The notes under the pieces were generated by a model that was given only the letters and a program-made list of their open reading frames with translations, did no database searches and was not told the DNA's origin. Position numbers and translations under genes: made by a program. Of a stretch of DNA of 64,000 nt, positions 19,791 through 30,434 are shown one piece after another (positions within the stretch are counted from its first letter, which is position 1; each line of letters starts with the position of its first letter). Source of the stretch: Syntrophales bacterium (GTDB lineage: Bacteria; Desulfobacterota; Syntrophia; Syntrophales; UBA4778); NCBI GenBank assembly GCA_963665615.2, contig CAXXQE010000007.1, positions 1 to 64,000 of the forward strand. The letters run 5' to 3'.

Positions 19791-21131
19791 ATGAAAGATG
19801 TAGTATGGGATCGATACAGAGAAAAACTGATGACGGCGGGTGAGGTCGTCAAACAGATCAAATCCGGCGACAAGGTCTTTATCGGCGAGTTCGCTATTCG
19901 TCCGGAAAGACTTGATGAGGCGTTGGCCGGCCGTGTTCATGAACTCAGGGACGTTATTGTGGAAGGAATCAGTGTTCTGAAAGCGCCCAAGTTTGTCGAA
20001 GCCGATCCGGAGAGAAAGGCGTTCATTTATAACGACTGGCATTTTTCGGCCTCTGCCCGGAAGCTCTACCAGGCAGGCCTGTGCAGCTACATTCCCTTTG
20101 CCTATTCCCAGGGGCCGAGGATCATCCGCAAGTACAACGACTATGATTTCCTCTTCATCAGCGCGCGACCGATGGACGATCAGGGGTACTTCAACTTCGG
20201 GATCGCCAACTCCATCACGTCTTCCATCATCGACAAGGCGACCAAGGTGGTTATCGAAGTCAATTCCAATATTCCGCGCTGCATGGGAGGCAATCAGGAA
20301 TCCGTTCACATTTCCCGCGTAGATTATGTTGTCGAAGGGCCGAACCTGCAGCTCCTGCAGCTTCCGCCCGCATCCCCTTCGGAGACGGATTATCAGATCG
20401 CCGGGCATATCATTAAGGAGATCCATGACGGCGCCTGTCTGCAACTCGGTATCGGCGGTCTTCCGAACGTCATCGGCGCCATGCTGGCAGAAAGTGACAT
20501 CAAGGATCTCGGCGTTCACACGGAGATGCTTGTCGATTCAATGGTGGACCTCTACAATGTCGGTAAAATCACGGGCAGCCAGAAAACGATTGACCGATTC
20601 AAGATGGTTTACACCTTTGCGATGGGAACCAATAAACTCTATCAGTTCCTTCACAACAATTCGGCATGTGCGTCCTATCCGGCCAGCTACACCAACGATC
20701 CGTGGACGGTGGCCCTCAATAACAAGGTGGTGGCGATCAACAGTGCGATCGAAGTGGATCTCTTCAGTCAGGTCTGCTCGGAGTCGGCCGGCACGGCTCA
20801 GATTTCCGGAACCGGCGGCCAGTTGGACTTTATCCAGGGGGCTTTCCGGTCAAGAGGCGGCAAGGGCATCATCGCCATCAGTTCGACCTTCCGCGACAAA
20901 AACGGGAACTTGAAATCCCGCATCGTTCCGACGCTCCAGCCCGGGGCGATTGTAACGTTGCCGCGTTCGATGGTCCAGTATGTCGCGACCGAGTTCGGGA
21001 TTGTCCAGCTCAAGGGCAAGTCAACCTGGGAGCGGGCCGAGGCCCTGATCAGCATCGCGCATCCGATGTTTCAGGACGAACTGATCAAGCAGGCTGAGGA
21101 GATGAAAATCTGGTTGAAGAGAAACAAGTAG
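19791..21131 (+). CDS. Acetyl-CoA hydrolase/transferase family CoA-transferase (Cat2/butyryl-CoA:acetate type)
   Basis: DGACLQLGIGGLPN, DLGVHTEM, ISGTGGQLDF, VATEFG..LKGKSTWERAEALISIAHP. Confidence 0.93.
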   Translation: MKDVVWDRYREKLMTAGEVVKQIKSGDKVFIGEFAIRPERLDEALAGRVHELRDVIVEGISVLKAPKFVEADPERKAFIYNDWHFSASARKLYQAGLCSYIPFAYSQGPRIIRKYNDYDFLFISARPMDDQGYFNFGIANSITSSIIDKATKVVIEVNSNIPRCMGGNQESVHISRVDYVVEGPNLQLLQLPPASPSETDYQIAGHIIKEIHDGACLQLGIGGLPNVIGAMLAESDIKDLGVHTEMLVDSMVDLYNVGKITGSQKTIDRFKMVYTFAMGTNKLYQFLHNNSACASYPASYTNDPWTVALNNKVVAINSAIEVDLFSQVCSESAGTAQISGTGGQLDFIQGAFRSRGGKGIIAISSTFRDKNGNLKSRIVPTLQPGAIVTLPRSMVQYVATEFGIVQLKGKSTWERAEALISIAHPMFQDELIKQAEEMKIWLKRNK

Positions 21132-21228
21132 CGTCAAGACGCTACGCGGGAGGCGATTGCGAGACGCCCTGCGGGCTTGTGCCCACAGGGCGTTGCCGTG
21201 CGCCGGCGGCTGTCGCGCAAATAGAAAA

Positions 21229-21912
21229 ATGGGCAACATCCATCGAGACATCAAATGGCCTTGGGCGGCCGTCTGGGGCAGGGGGCTTGCGCCTGTCGTC
21301 TTGTTTGCGCTTTCTATTGAGATTACGCGGGAAGTAATCTCTGGGGATGGCCCCGCGATCGCCCTCGACCAATGGGTTCTCTCGCATGTGTCCTGGTTTC
21401 ACTGCGCCTTCCTCACCGCCGCGATGGCGTTTATTACCAACCTGGGGAGTCGCATTGTCGTATGGGCTACGACGGGAATTCTTGCAATCGTACTTCTCTT
21501 CAAGAAAAAATACGCATCCGCTGTCTTTCTCATGGCAGTCGTAACCGGCGCATGGTTTCTGGAGGGATTTCTCAAAGATGCTATCCAGCGCCAGAGACCG
21601 TTCATACTCGGAGTAACGGCGATGGGACATGCGCGCGGCTGGAGCTATCCGAGTGCGCATGCGACATTGTCCGTCGCGCTCTATGGCGCCATGGCCTATC
21701 TGGGGGCGGGTTTCCTGGCAAGTCGTGCTTGGAAGAAGGCTCTGTGGGGCTGCGCCCTGGGATTGGCCGTCTTGATTGCGCTGAGCCGCGTGTATCTGCA
21801 GGTGCATCATCCGAGCGATGTTGTGGCCGGATTGGCGATCGGACTGCTGTGGTTGATGCTCTGTATTGCCGTTGCCGGGCATGTTGCCAAACGATGGTCG
21901 GTCAAGAGGTGA
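21229..21912 (+). CDS. PAP2 family membrane phosphatase (start uncertain)
   Basis: K..IQRQRP, SYPSAHA, SRVYLQVHHPSDVVAG and transmembrane segments. Confidence 0.88.
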   Translation: MGNIHRDIKWPWAAVWGRGLAPVVLFALSIEITREVISGDGPAIALDQWVLSHVSWFHCAFLTAAMAFITNLGSRIVVWATTGILAIVLLFKKKYASAVFLMAVVTGAWFLEGFLKDAIQRQRPFILGVTAMGHARGWSYPSAHATLSVALYGAMAYLGAGFLASRAWKKALWGCALGLAVLIALSRVYLQVHHPSDVVAGLAIGLLWLMLCIAVAGHVAKRWSVKR

Positions 21913-21915
21913 GCC

Positions 21916-22722
21916 GTGCTGCGCCCCCGGGAAGATAACCCTTATCCGCCGCTTTCTCAGGCTAAGCTGAAGTACTGGACAAGGCTTGCCGATACGAAGT
22001 TCCGCAAAGATCAGGGTGTGTTTCTTGCCGAGGGGGTCAAAGTCGTTGAGGAACTCCTGAAGAGCCCGTGGGACATTGAGGGCATCGCTGTATTGCCGGA
22101 AAAGCGGCAATATTGGCAGAATCTTCTGGGGACGGTTGCCGGCGAATTTCCCGTTTATCGCGTTGACCGCGGGCAATGGCAAAAAATCACCCAAGACCGG
22201 GAGCCGGAGGGCATTCTGGCCGTTGTGAAGAGGCGTGAGGAGGCTGCTCTGGCTGACTATCTATCCGCTTCGATGGGTGACATCCTGATTCTCTGTGAGG
22301 TCATGAACCCCAACAACCTCGGAGCGCTGCTCCGGAGCGCGCGCTGGTTCGGCTTTGAGTGTGTGGCGACGACCATCGGTTCGGTCGATTATACTCATCC
22401 CAAAGCGGTGCGCGCATCGATGGGGAGCCTCTTTCACTTGGAGATGCTTTCGAACATCGATCCGGTGGCTACCCTGGGGGCTATCAAAAAGACCCATCAT
22501 CTGATCGGCACCGATGTCCAGGACGGCCAAGTCCCGCATCCGGTCGAGGGTCGGGCGGCGCTCATTCTCGGCAGCGAAAGCCACGGCCTGTCGGAGGAGA
22601 TTCTGGATGCGATGCATGAGCGGTGGCACATTCGCGGGGCGCAAGGGGCCGACTCGCTGAGCCTGCCGCAGGCCGGAGCGATCCTGATGTACGAATGTAC
22701 GAAAAATAAAGCGTTGACTTAA
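21916..22722 (+). CDS. TrmH/SpoU RNA methyltransferase
   Basis: FLAEG.K.VEE, NPNNLGALLRSA, RASMGS, ILGSESHG, DSLSL..AGAILMYE. Confidence 0.92.
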   Translation: MLRPREDNPYPPLSQAKLKYWTRLADTKFRKDQGVFLAEGVKVVEELLKSPWDIEGIAVLPEKRQYWQNLLGTVAGEFPVYRVDRGQWQKITQDREPEGILAVVKRREEAALADYLSASMGDILILCEVMNPNNLGALLRSARWFGFECVATTIGSVDYTHPKAVRASMGSLFHLEMLSNIDPVATLGAIKKTHHLIGTDVQDGQVPHPVEGRAALILGSESHGLSEEILDAMHERWHIRGAQGADSLSLPQAGAILMYECTKNKALT

Positions 22723-22903
22723 TCACATTATCCTGTATAGTGCATTTCACCTGTCGAGCGATACGAGACGGGGTCATAAGAAAGTTGGACAGACATTTTG
22801 AAGTGCAAAGGATTTACCGCCTTTCTCTTTGGGAGTTTGGCGGTTTTTTGTTTCTGTCATGCTGTAACCGACTTTTGAAATATGTGAAAGGAGGATAACG
22901 ATC

Positions 22904-23104
22904 ATGGCAGAAGGCAAAGTAAAGTGGTTCAATGAGAAAAAGGGCTTCGGCTTCATCGAGAATGAAGACGGAACAGACATTTTTGTTCACTACAGCGCCA
23001 TTCAGATGGGCAGCTTCAGGACGCTCTTCGAAGGTCAGCGCGTCAGCTTCGATGTCGAGCAGGGCAAAAAGGGCCTGGCGGCAGCTAATGTGAGACCGCT
23101 GTAA
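22904..23104 (+). CDS. Cold-shock protein (CspA family)
   Basis: [15 protein letters not shown]...DIFVHYSAI. Confidence 0.96.
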   Translation: MAEGKVKWFNEKKGFGFIENEDGTDIFVHYSAIQMGSFRTLFEGQRVSFDVEQGKKGLAAANVRPL

Positions 23105-23123
23105 TCAATATTGGCAAACCGAT

Positions 23124-23157
23124 AAAAAGCGCTCCCTCTTATGAGGGAGCGCTTTTT
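23124..23157 (+). terminator. Intrinsic terminator
   Basis: AAAAAGCGCTCCCTC-ttat-GAGGGAGCGCTTTTT. Confidence 0.9.
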
Positions 23158-23244
23158 GCGTTTCTTCAGCCTTGAGATCCTTGTTCCCGTCAAATTATTG
23201 CTGGAAATCACCGTTTCATCTGCTATGATCTTCCAGAATCCGAT

Positions 23245-23877
23245 ATGGCAGGGAGGGCAAACATGATTGTAACCGGGATGGCGATCACTGAAGACTTACA
23301 GACGTGCGTGGACTTTCACGGCCACCTCTGTCCGGGCCTGGTCTACGGCTATCTCGTGGCGAAGGAGGCCATGCGGCTTCTGGGTATCAAACAGCGGGCC
23401 GTCGATGAAGAAGTGGTCGCCATCTGTGAATCCGATACCTGCGCGGTCGATGCGCTTCAGGCCTTGCTAGGGACGACGGCGGGCAAGGGCAATCTTATTA
23501 TCCACAATTACGGCAAAAACGCCTTTACGATTTTGAGCCGTTCCGCTAGCTGTTCTTACCGTTTCATGAAGCGCGACCCCTATGAATACCGCGGCGAGGA
23601 CAATGCGCGCTATGAGCGTCTGGATGCGGCCCTCATGGCTGACACAGCTTCGGAGGAAGAACGCAGCGAAGCGCGGCAGATGAAGATTGCGGATCTCTTA
23701 ACGCGCCCTTTCGAGAGTGTCTTCATGACAACGCCGGTTCCTTTCGACCCGCCCGCCTATGCGCCGATGGGGCCATCCGACCCCTGTGCAAACTGCGGCG
23801 AGATGACTATGAGGCTCCGAATGGTCGAAATGCCCGACGGCCGACGACTGTGCGTCCCCTGTGCCGGGCGGGTTTGA
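23245..23877 (+). CDS. fmdE: FmdE family protein with C-terminal zinc finger
   Basis: FHGHLCPGL, ESDTCAVDALQ, GKGNL, CANCGE...CVPC. Confidence 0.88.
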   Translation: MAGRANMIVTGMAITEDLQTCVDFHGHLCPGLVYGYLVAKEAMRLLGIKQRAVDEEVVAICESDTCAVDALQALLGTTAGKGNLIIHNYGKNAFTILSRSASCSYRFMKRDPYEYRGEDNARYERLDAALMADTASEEERSEARQMKIADLLTRPFESVFMTTPVPFDPPAYAPMGPSDPCANCGEMTMRLRMVEMPDGRRLCVPCAGRV

Positions 23878-24001
23878 GCGGCAGTTCAACCCGTCAAATG
23901 TATACTTGCATCTGAAAGACGCCTGATTTCTCCTTGATTTTATCTTTTTTAGTATCTATCGTTAGCCATCGACTATAAGTGACTCTATGGGAGGGAGCGA
24001 T

Positions 24002-26971
24002 ATGAGCCGCTACAAAAAGATCGGCCTGGTGATTCTCATTGTTGCTGTCCTTGTTTCGGTGATCGGTTTTTTTGTCGTGCCGCCGGTACTGAAATCGATT
24101 CTCACCGACAAGCTCTCCGTGGCCTTGTCACGAGCAGTTACCATCGAAAAAATTAACTTTAATCCCTGGAACCTGACACTCACGATCTCCGGTGTCACGA
24201 TTCGGGAAAAGTCGCAGCCGAAGCCCTTTGTCTCTTTTCAATCGCTCTATCTCAATGTCGAGGGGTTCGTTTCGATTGCAAAACGCGCCGTCGTGGTCAA
24301 AGAGATCACCCTAACCAAACCTTACATACACATCGCCAGATATCCGGACGGCGGATATAATTTTACCGACTTGATTCCGAAGGAGAAAAAAGAGGAAAAG
24401 GCGCCGGAAAGCAAGAAACCCTTTCCGTTCACTGTTCATAATATCCAAATTATCGGCGGTAGCATCGATTTCGACGATGGTCCGAAGAAAACGACGCACA
24501 CGGTCCGCGACCTGAACTTCTCCGTACCCTTTATTTCCGATTTGGACCCCAATATCGATCATTACGTGGAACCGCGGTTTTTCGCGCGCATCAACGGCAC
24601 CCCTTATGAACTCAAGGGAAAAACGAAGCCCTTTGCCGCATCGCGTGTGACGACCTTCCGCCTGGATATCGGCGATATCGACATTCCCTATTATCTTAAC
24701 TATGTCCCGATCAAACTCAACAGCAAGTTGAAATCCGCCCTGCTCGATCTAAAGTTGGATGTTCACTTTATCATGGCTGCCGATAACAAGCCCTCGGTGA
24801 ACCTTTCGGGGAATGTGGCGCTGAAGAAGATCGCACTGGACGATGTGAAGGGAGAGAAAGTTCTGCGTCTGCCGCTCTTGTCGGTGGATATTGCGCCTTC
24901 TGAGCCACTGGCATCGAAAATCCATATTGCCAAGGTTTCCGTGCAATCCCCGGAAGTGGTCGTCGTCCGCGGTAAGGCGGGCGAGGTGAACCTTCTCAAT
25001 CTGATTACGCCGGAAAAGAAGCCTGTGACGGGGAAAAAGAAAGAGGCGCCAACAGAAAAGGAAGCCGATAAATCTTCAGGGTCTAAATCGACAATGAAGG
25101 TGCTGGTGGACGAGGTGAGGATGACCGGTGCCGATATCCGCTACAATGACCTTCAACCTGCTGACCCGGTCAGGATTGCACTTGCCCCAATCGATTTAAC
25201 CGTGAAGCACCTTTCGACGGCAAAAAATGAGGACGCCACTCTCGATCTGAGTCTTGTCGTCAACGACAAGGGGAAGATTGCGGTGAACGGGCCGTTCAAG
25301 GTGGATCCCTTTTCGGCGGACCTGACGATCAAACTCAGCGATATCGTCATCAGAACCTTTCAGCCCTATTTTACGGATGCCGTCAAAATCGACGTGACGA
25401 GGGGAGCTGTTGGCATTTCCGGACGGCTGAAGGTGGATCGGGACAAGCAGGACAAGTTGCGCCTGACATATAACGGACAGGCTTCGGTATCGAATCTTGC
25501 AACCATCGACAAGGCCTTCGCAAACGATTTCGTCAAGTGGAAGCAACTCTACTTTGACGGGATCAAGGTCGGTTTGAATCCGCTCTTTATTACGATCAAT
25601 GGCATTGCGCTGTCGGACTTCTATGCGCGGATTCTCATCAATTCGGACGGGACGGCGAACCTCCAGCACATCTTCAGCGGTTCCGCAAAGACAGGGCAGG
25701 GGACGGAGGCGGCCAAACCCGCGGCGCCCGTCGATACGGCGAAGACCGAGGAGAAGAAGGGCGACGACCTCAAGAATATCAAGATCGGGCGGGTGACCCT
25801 TCAGGGCGGAACCATCGATTTTAGCGATCATCTCATCAATCCAAACTACTCCGTCCAGATGCACGATATCGGCGGCAGCATCACGGGCTTGTCATCTGAG
25901 GAGATCAGCCGGGCGACGATCGACCTGAAGGGTGACATCGGACGCGGATCGCCCGTCGAGATTGGCGGGAGGATCAATCCGCTCGTCAAGGATCTCTATG
26001 CTGATATCAAGATGCGCTTCAAGGATATTGAGCTGAGCCAGGCAACCCCCTATGCCATTCGCTACCTCGGTTATCCCATCGTGAAGGGAAAACTCACTTT
26101 CGACGTGTCTTATCTCATCGACAAGCGAAAGCTCGACGCCAAGAACACGATTTTCTTCGATCAGCTGACATTTGGCGACAAGGTGGACAGCCCTCAGGCC
26201 ATCAAGGCGCCCGTTCCCCTCGCGGTTGCCCTCCTGACGGATCGCAAGGGGCAGATCAACCTCGATATTCCCATATCGGGCAGTCTCGATGATCCCAAGT
26301 TCAAGGTGTGGCCGATTATTTGGAAGATTCTCGGAAATCTCATCACCAAGGCGGTGACGGCGCCCTTCACGCTATTGGCGCATCTCTTCGGTGGCGGTGG
26401 CGAGGAGATGAGTTACGTCGAATTCGATTATGGCAGCGCACTCCTCTCCGACGCCGGGCAGCAGAAGATCAACAATCTCGCCAAAGCCCTGCTCGATCGG
26501 CCGAATCTCAAACTCGAGGTGGCGGGGTATGCCGACCCGGAAATGGACAAGGCAGGATTGAAAACAGCTGCTTTCAATCGCCAGATCAAGACGCAAAAAT
26601 TCAAGACAGAGCTGAAGAAAAAGGGCGGAGAGGGATTGACGGTTGATGCGATCCAGATACAACCCCAAGAGTACGAGACCTATTTGACACTGGCCTATAA
26701 AGCTGCTGCCTTCCCGAAGCCGCGGAATGCCATCGGGCTGCTTAAGGATCTTCCCGCCTCGGAAATGGAAAAACTCATGCTGAGCCATATCGATGTGACT
26801 GATTCCGATATTCGCAAACTTGCTCAGAACCGCGCAGAAAAGGTAAAAGAAACGATCCTGGGCGCCGGGCAGATCGATGCGGGTCGCGTTTTTGTCGTGA
26901 TGCCGACTTCGGTAACGCCGGAGAAAAAAGAAAAGGCCAAGCCGAGTCGGGTGGAGTTCAAGGTAAAATAA
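24002..26971 (+). CDS. DUF748 (AsmA-like) envelope protein with OmpA-like C-terminal region
   Basis: N-terminal membrane anchor, repeated beta-rich modules, LAVALLTDRKGQINLDIPISGSLDDPKF, LAQNRAEKVK. Confidence 0.85.
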   Translation: MSRYKKIGLVILIVAVLVSVIGFFVVPPVLKSILTDKLSVALSRAVTIEKINFNPWNLTLTISGVTIREKSQPKPFVSFQSLYLNVEGFVSIAKRAVVVKEITLTKPYIHIARYPDGGYNFTDLIPKEKKEEKAPESKKPFPFTVHNIQIIGGSIDFDDGPKKTTHTVRDLNFSVPFISDLDPNIDHYVEPRFFARINGTPYELKGKTKPFAASRVTTFRLDIGDIDIPYYLNYVPIKLNSKLKSALLDLKLDVHFIMAADNKPSVNLSGNVALKKIALDDVKGEKVLRLPLLSVDIAPSEPLASKIHIAKVSVQSPEVVVVRGKAGEVNLLNLITPEKKPVTGKKKEAPTEKEADKSSGSKSTMKVLVDEVRMTGADIRYNDLQPADPVRIALAPIDLTVKHLSTAKNEDATLDLSLVVNDKGKIAVNGPFKVDPFSADLTIKLSDIVIRTFQPYFTDAVKIDVTRGAVGISGRLKVDRDKQDKLRLTYNGQASVSNLATIDKAFANDFVKWKQLYFDGIKVGLNPLFITINGIALSDFYARILINSDGTANLQHIFSGSAKTGQGTEAAKPAAPVDTAKTEEKKGDDLKNIKIGRVTLQGGTIDFSDHLINPNYSVQMHDIGGSITGLSSEEISRATIDLKGDIGRGSPVEIGGRINPLVKDLYADIKMRFKDIELSQATPYAIRYLGYPIVKGKLTFDVSYLIDKRKLDAKNTIFFDQLTFGDKVDSPQAIKAPVPLAVALLTDRKGQINLDIPISGSLDDPKFKVWPIIWKILGNLITKAVTAPFTLLAHLFGGGGEEMSYVEFDYGSALLSDAGQQKINNLAKALLDRPNLKLEVAGYADPEMDKAGLKTAAFNRQIKTQKFKTELKKKGGEGLTVDAIQIQPQEYETYLTLAYKAAAFPKPRNAIGLLKDLPASEMEKLMLSHIDVTDSDIRKLAQNRAEKVKETILGAGQIDAGRVFVVMPTSVTPEKKEKAKPSRVEFKVK

Positions 26972-26987
26972 TATTGATGATCATAAA

Positions 26988-27028
26988 AAAGTGGCTCTTT
27001 TATCCGTTGCGGTTAAAAGAGCCACTTT
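26988..27028. terminator. Bidirectional terminator
   Basis: AAAGTGGCTCTTTTA-loop-TAAAAGAGCCACTTT between convergent genes. Confidence 0.75.
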
Positions 27029-27090
27029 GCTTTTTCTGACCTATTGAATTAATGTCTTAAGAGATAAACTTCTTATAAACTCTTGAAACG

Positions 27091-27282
27091 TTAGCAAGAG
27101 ACTTTCGCATGAATAATCTGACTCAATTCGTCACAGCAAGCATCAAATATAGCTCTTCCATGATCGTTGACGCGGACGTTCGTCGCGCTCTTCTGACATT
27201 TCGGACAAGTAATTCCCATAATTTCGTCGATAATTTTCTGATTTCTTTCATTTACTGTCTTATCAAATTTGGCAATACGCAT
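27091..27282 (-). CDS. Small putative Zn-binding protein
   Basis: 63 aa with CPKC and CC; GAGG RBS. Confidence 0.55.
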   Translation of the reverse strand: MRIAKFDKTVNERNQKIIDEIMGITCPKCQKSATNVRVNDHGRAIFDACCDELSQIIHAKVSC

Positions 27283-27806
27283 TTCTTCCTCTCTTAAAAT
27301 GGGTTATTTCTTTTACTACATAATGCTTTTTTATACACCCGCAGGCGGGATGGCGCAATGATTTTTACCATGATGGTATTCGCAGGCATCTATCGGTGGA
27401 TGAGGGAATATAGATAACTATTTGTAAAACAAGATATTATTGGTAAAACTGTTGTCGTTCGAACCTTGGGCACCCACCAGTCCCGCCACGGCGCGATAGA
27501 AGTTCCAGTATGTCTCCAGTGTGTGGGGCCTACAGCCCCTTGTAACCCGATCGTTAGCAGCAAGGGCATCAACTGAGGCGCAAGAGTTCAGGGACTTATC
27601 GTTGACATGGGCTGACGAGTGCGTGGGAAGTTAAAGGGCATATGGCTTTGCCCGGGAATAGAGCCAACGCTCTCTATTTTCATATGAAGCCCTGAAAGCG
27701 ATGCGACGTTGAATTCAAATTCAGGAGCCTTTTAAACGGCAATCGTGATAAAGAAAAATCAGTTAAGACATAGCTGATCGCTCGTATGTGTATACAAGGA
27801 GGCAGG

Positions 27807-29756
27807 ATGATGGGGAATTATAATCTCCTATTCAGTCCAATTAAAATAGGCGATATGGTTCTGAAAAACAGGATCGCTCTTACACCGATGTCGACACGCT
27901 TCGGAGACAAAGACGGAAAAGCAACAGAAGAATTGATTCAGTATTATCTCAATTATGCCAAAGGCGGTGTCGGCTTTATAACCATGGAAGCCCTGGACAT
28001 TGACAATACCCACATGTACGGCATGGGCATATTGAGAATAACGGATGATAGCTTTATCGAGGGCTTTAAAAAAATGACAGATGCCTGTCATGGCTACGGT
28101 GCAAAGGTCGCTGCCCAATTGATTCAGGGCGGGCCTTTTGCCAGCTCAAAGATAACCGGCTTAAGGCCACTGAGTGCTTCTCCAATTCCACATGTCTGGA
28201 ATCGTGCGGATACGCCCAGAGAAATGACCCATGCAGATATTGCAGACTATACGGCCAAATACGTCGCCGCCGCCCTTAGAATCAAAGACGCCGGTTTTGA
28301 TGCTATCGAAATTCATGCTGCACATGCGCATGCTCTGCTGGGGGCCTTTCTCTCCCCGTTGACCAATAGAAGAACCGACGAATATGGCGGGGACGTTCAT
28401 GGAAGAGCGAGGTTCTTAATTGAGATAATCCAGGCCTTCAAGAATGAATTGGGCAGTGATTTTCCGCTTGGCGTCAGGTTATCCGCTGGTGACGCGGAGC
28501 AGGGTGGTCAAACCGTTATCGAGACCGCTTATCTGGCACAGCTGCTCGAACAAGCCGGTGTAAACTATATCCACCTTTCATATGGCACCGTGAGGAAGAG
28601 CGCGCGCGTTTTCCCCTCCGCAGGCACTGACCGGGCTCTGAACATGCCATACTCCAAATTGATCAAAGAGTCTGTAGGCATCCCTGTGGGGTTGGTCGGA
28701 CGAATTAAAGAGCCGTGGATAGCTGAGACGCTGCTTAGGCAAGGATATGCCGATTATGTTTACATGGGAAGGCAATTAATCTGCGATCCAGATTTCCCCA
28801 ATAAGTGTCAAAGCGGCAGTTTTGAGCATGTTCGTCCTTGCATCGGTTGTCTGGCTTGCTTAGACCTGCAAGGCAAAATGTATTGTACGTTGAATCCGGG
28901 TGTAGGCAATTACAAAGCGTATGAAATTGAAGAAGCGTCTGAGAAGAAGAAAGTCCTTGTTGTCGGCGGAGGCCCCGGCGGAATTGAGGCGGCAGCTACT
29001 GCGGCCAAGAGAGGTCATGACGTTTCGCTGCTTGAGAAATCTGAGAAGCTCGGCGGCCAGTTTATTATTGCGGGTTATCCGGAATATAAGCAGGACATGG
29101 CATGCGCTCTGAAATATTTAATTAATGAACTGAAGAAGGCAAACGCCAAGATAGTCCTGAATAAAGAAGCTGGTGTTGAAACCATTAAGGAAATCAAACC
29201 TGATGAAGTGATCGTCGCAACAGGCGGAGAGCCGATTATGCCAAAATGGTTGGAGGAAAGTGGTCACCCGAATATCATGACAGCCTGGGATGCGTTGAAG
29301 AATTGCAAGCCAATTGGGAGAAACATTTTGGTTATCGGCGGCGGCGCAATCGGCTGTGAGACAGCAGATTTTCTTGCTGAACATTATAAGAACCGCCCCC
29401 TCTACGGTAGAAAAATTACCATTATTGAAATGCTGGATAACATCGACACGGAAGAACTAACATCAAATAGGGATTTTCTTATCGAGAGACTGGCTAGAAA
29501 AGACATCGACATTATTACTGGTGCAAAAGTAGAAAGAGTCACTGCCGAAGAAGTATACTATTCTAAAGATGGAGGACAAGGTTGTCTTAAGGGTTTTGAT
29601 ACCATTATTGCTGCCATGGGGACTCGTCCGGATAATGCGCTTGCAGAAGAGTTGAAAGAGTTAAATATGACGCTTCATGTCATCGGAGATGCCAAGCAGG
29701 CACGCAAAATCAGAAATGCCATTACAGAAGCGAGAGAGATCGGCAGGACCATCTAA
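27807..29756 (+). CDS. NADH:flavin oxidoreductase (OYE barrel + Fe-S + FAD/NAD domains, 2,4-dienoyl-CoA reductase/BaiCD-like)
   Basis: LKNRI..TPM, GFDAIEIH, TNRRTDEYGG, RPCIGCLAC...C, GGGPGG and GGGAIG motifs. Confidence 0.92.
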   Translation: MMGNYNLLFSPIKIGDMVLKNRIALTPMSTRFGDKDGKATEELIQYYLNYAKGGVGFITMEALDIDNTHMYGMGILRITDDSFIEGFKKMTDACHGYGAKVAAQLIQGGPFASSKITGLRPLSASPIPHVWNRADTPREMTHADIADYTAKYVAAALRIKDAGFDAIEIHAAHAHALLGAFLSPLTNRRTDEYGGDVHGRARFLIEIIQAFKNELGSDFPLGVRLSAGDAEQGGQTVIETAYLAQLLEQAGVNYIHLSYGTVRKSARVFPSAGTDRALNMPYSKLIKESVGIPVGLVGRIKEPWIAETLLRQGYADYVYMGRQLICDPDFPNKCQSGSFEHVRPCIGCLACLDLQGKMYCTLNPGVGNYKAYEIEEASEKKKVLVVGGGPGGIEAAATAAKRGHDVSLLEKSEKLGGQFIIAGYPEYKQDMACALKYLINELKKANAKIVLNKEAGVETIKEIKPDEVIVATGGEPIMPKWLEESGHPNIMTAWDALKNCKPIGRNILVIGGGAIGCETADFLAEHYKNRPLYGRKITIIEMLDNIDTEELTSNRDFLIERLARKDIDIITGAKVERVTAEEVYYSKDGGQGCLKGFDTIIAAMGTRPDNALAEELKELNMTLHVIGDAKQARKIRNAITEAREIGRTI

Positions 29757-30026
29757 TCCCTGACGCATATTCGAGCGGATCATGGGAGATGCGCGCACGG
29801 CGTCCGTGTGCTTATGCATGACTTAACAGCGGCGAGCCGTCAGAAAACAGAGGCGCGCAGGAAAAGGTTTTTATCTGCGTGAATCAGTGGTATATAATAT
29901 ACTAAAAGCTGTAAGATTGAATGGCAGATCCCTTCTTGGGTCGAGTGGACCTGTCAGGGGATGAACGTTGGGGTAGTTACTATTTAAACAAACGATGTTT
30001 AATTTTGAAGAAAGGAGAGATCAGAG

Positions 30027-30242
30027 ATGGAAACGAGTATCTACAAATTCATCGAGGTTGGTGGAACGAGTAAGACTTCCTGGGAAGAGGCCGCCCGAAA
30101 TGCCGTAGAAACTGCCGCTAAACACCTTGAAGATTTAAGGGTGGCCGAGGTGGTCAAGTTAGATATGACTCTCGACAACAACAAAGTCGCTCTCTTCCGT
30201 GCCAGGGTCAGCCTTTCTTTCAAATACCGAGGGGATGAATAG
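30027..30242 (+). CDS. Dodecin family protein
   Basis: IYKFIEVGGTSKTSWEEAARNAV.TA...LRVAEV...RVSLSFKY. Confidence 0.92.
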   Translation: METSIYKFIEVGGTSKTSWEEAARNAVETAAKHLEDLRVAEVVKLDMTLDNNKVALFRARVSLSFKYRGDE

Positions 30243-30317
30243 GTTTCTGCTTGGTCTTTGCAACAGGCAGGGATGAGGAGCAAAATGTAGAACGAACCCT
30301 TATTCAGGGGCTATATC

Positions 30318-30351
30318 AAAAAAGCAGGGTGATGCTGCCCCTGCTTTTTTT
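30318..30351. terminator. Bidirectional terminator
   Basis: AAAAAAGCAGGG-loop-CCCTGCTTTTTT. Confidence 0.8.
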
Positions 30352-30434
30352 ATTTCAGCAATAACGCTTATGGATTGCAATCTCGTGGAAACGGACCGGC
30401 TCGTCATATTTCTGAGCCGCGCTAAAACAGAATC

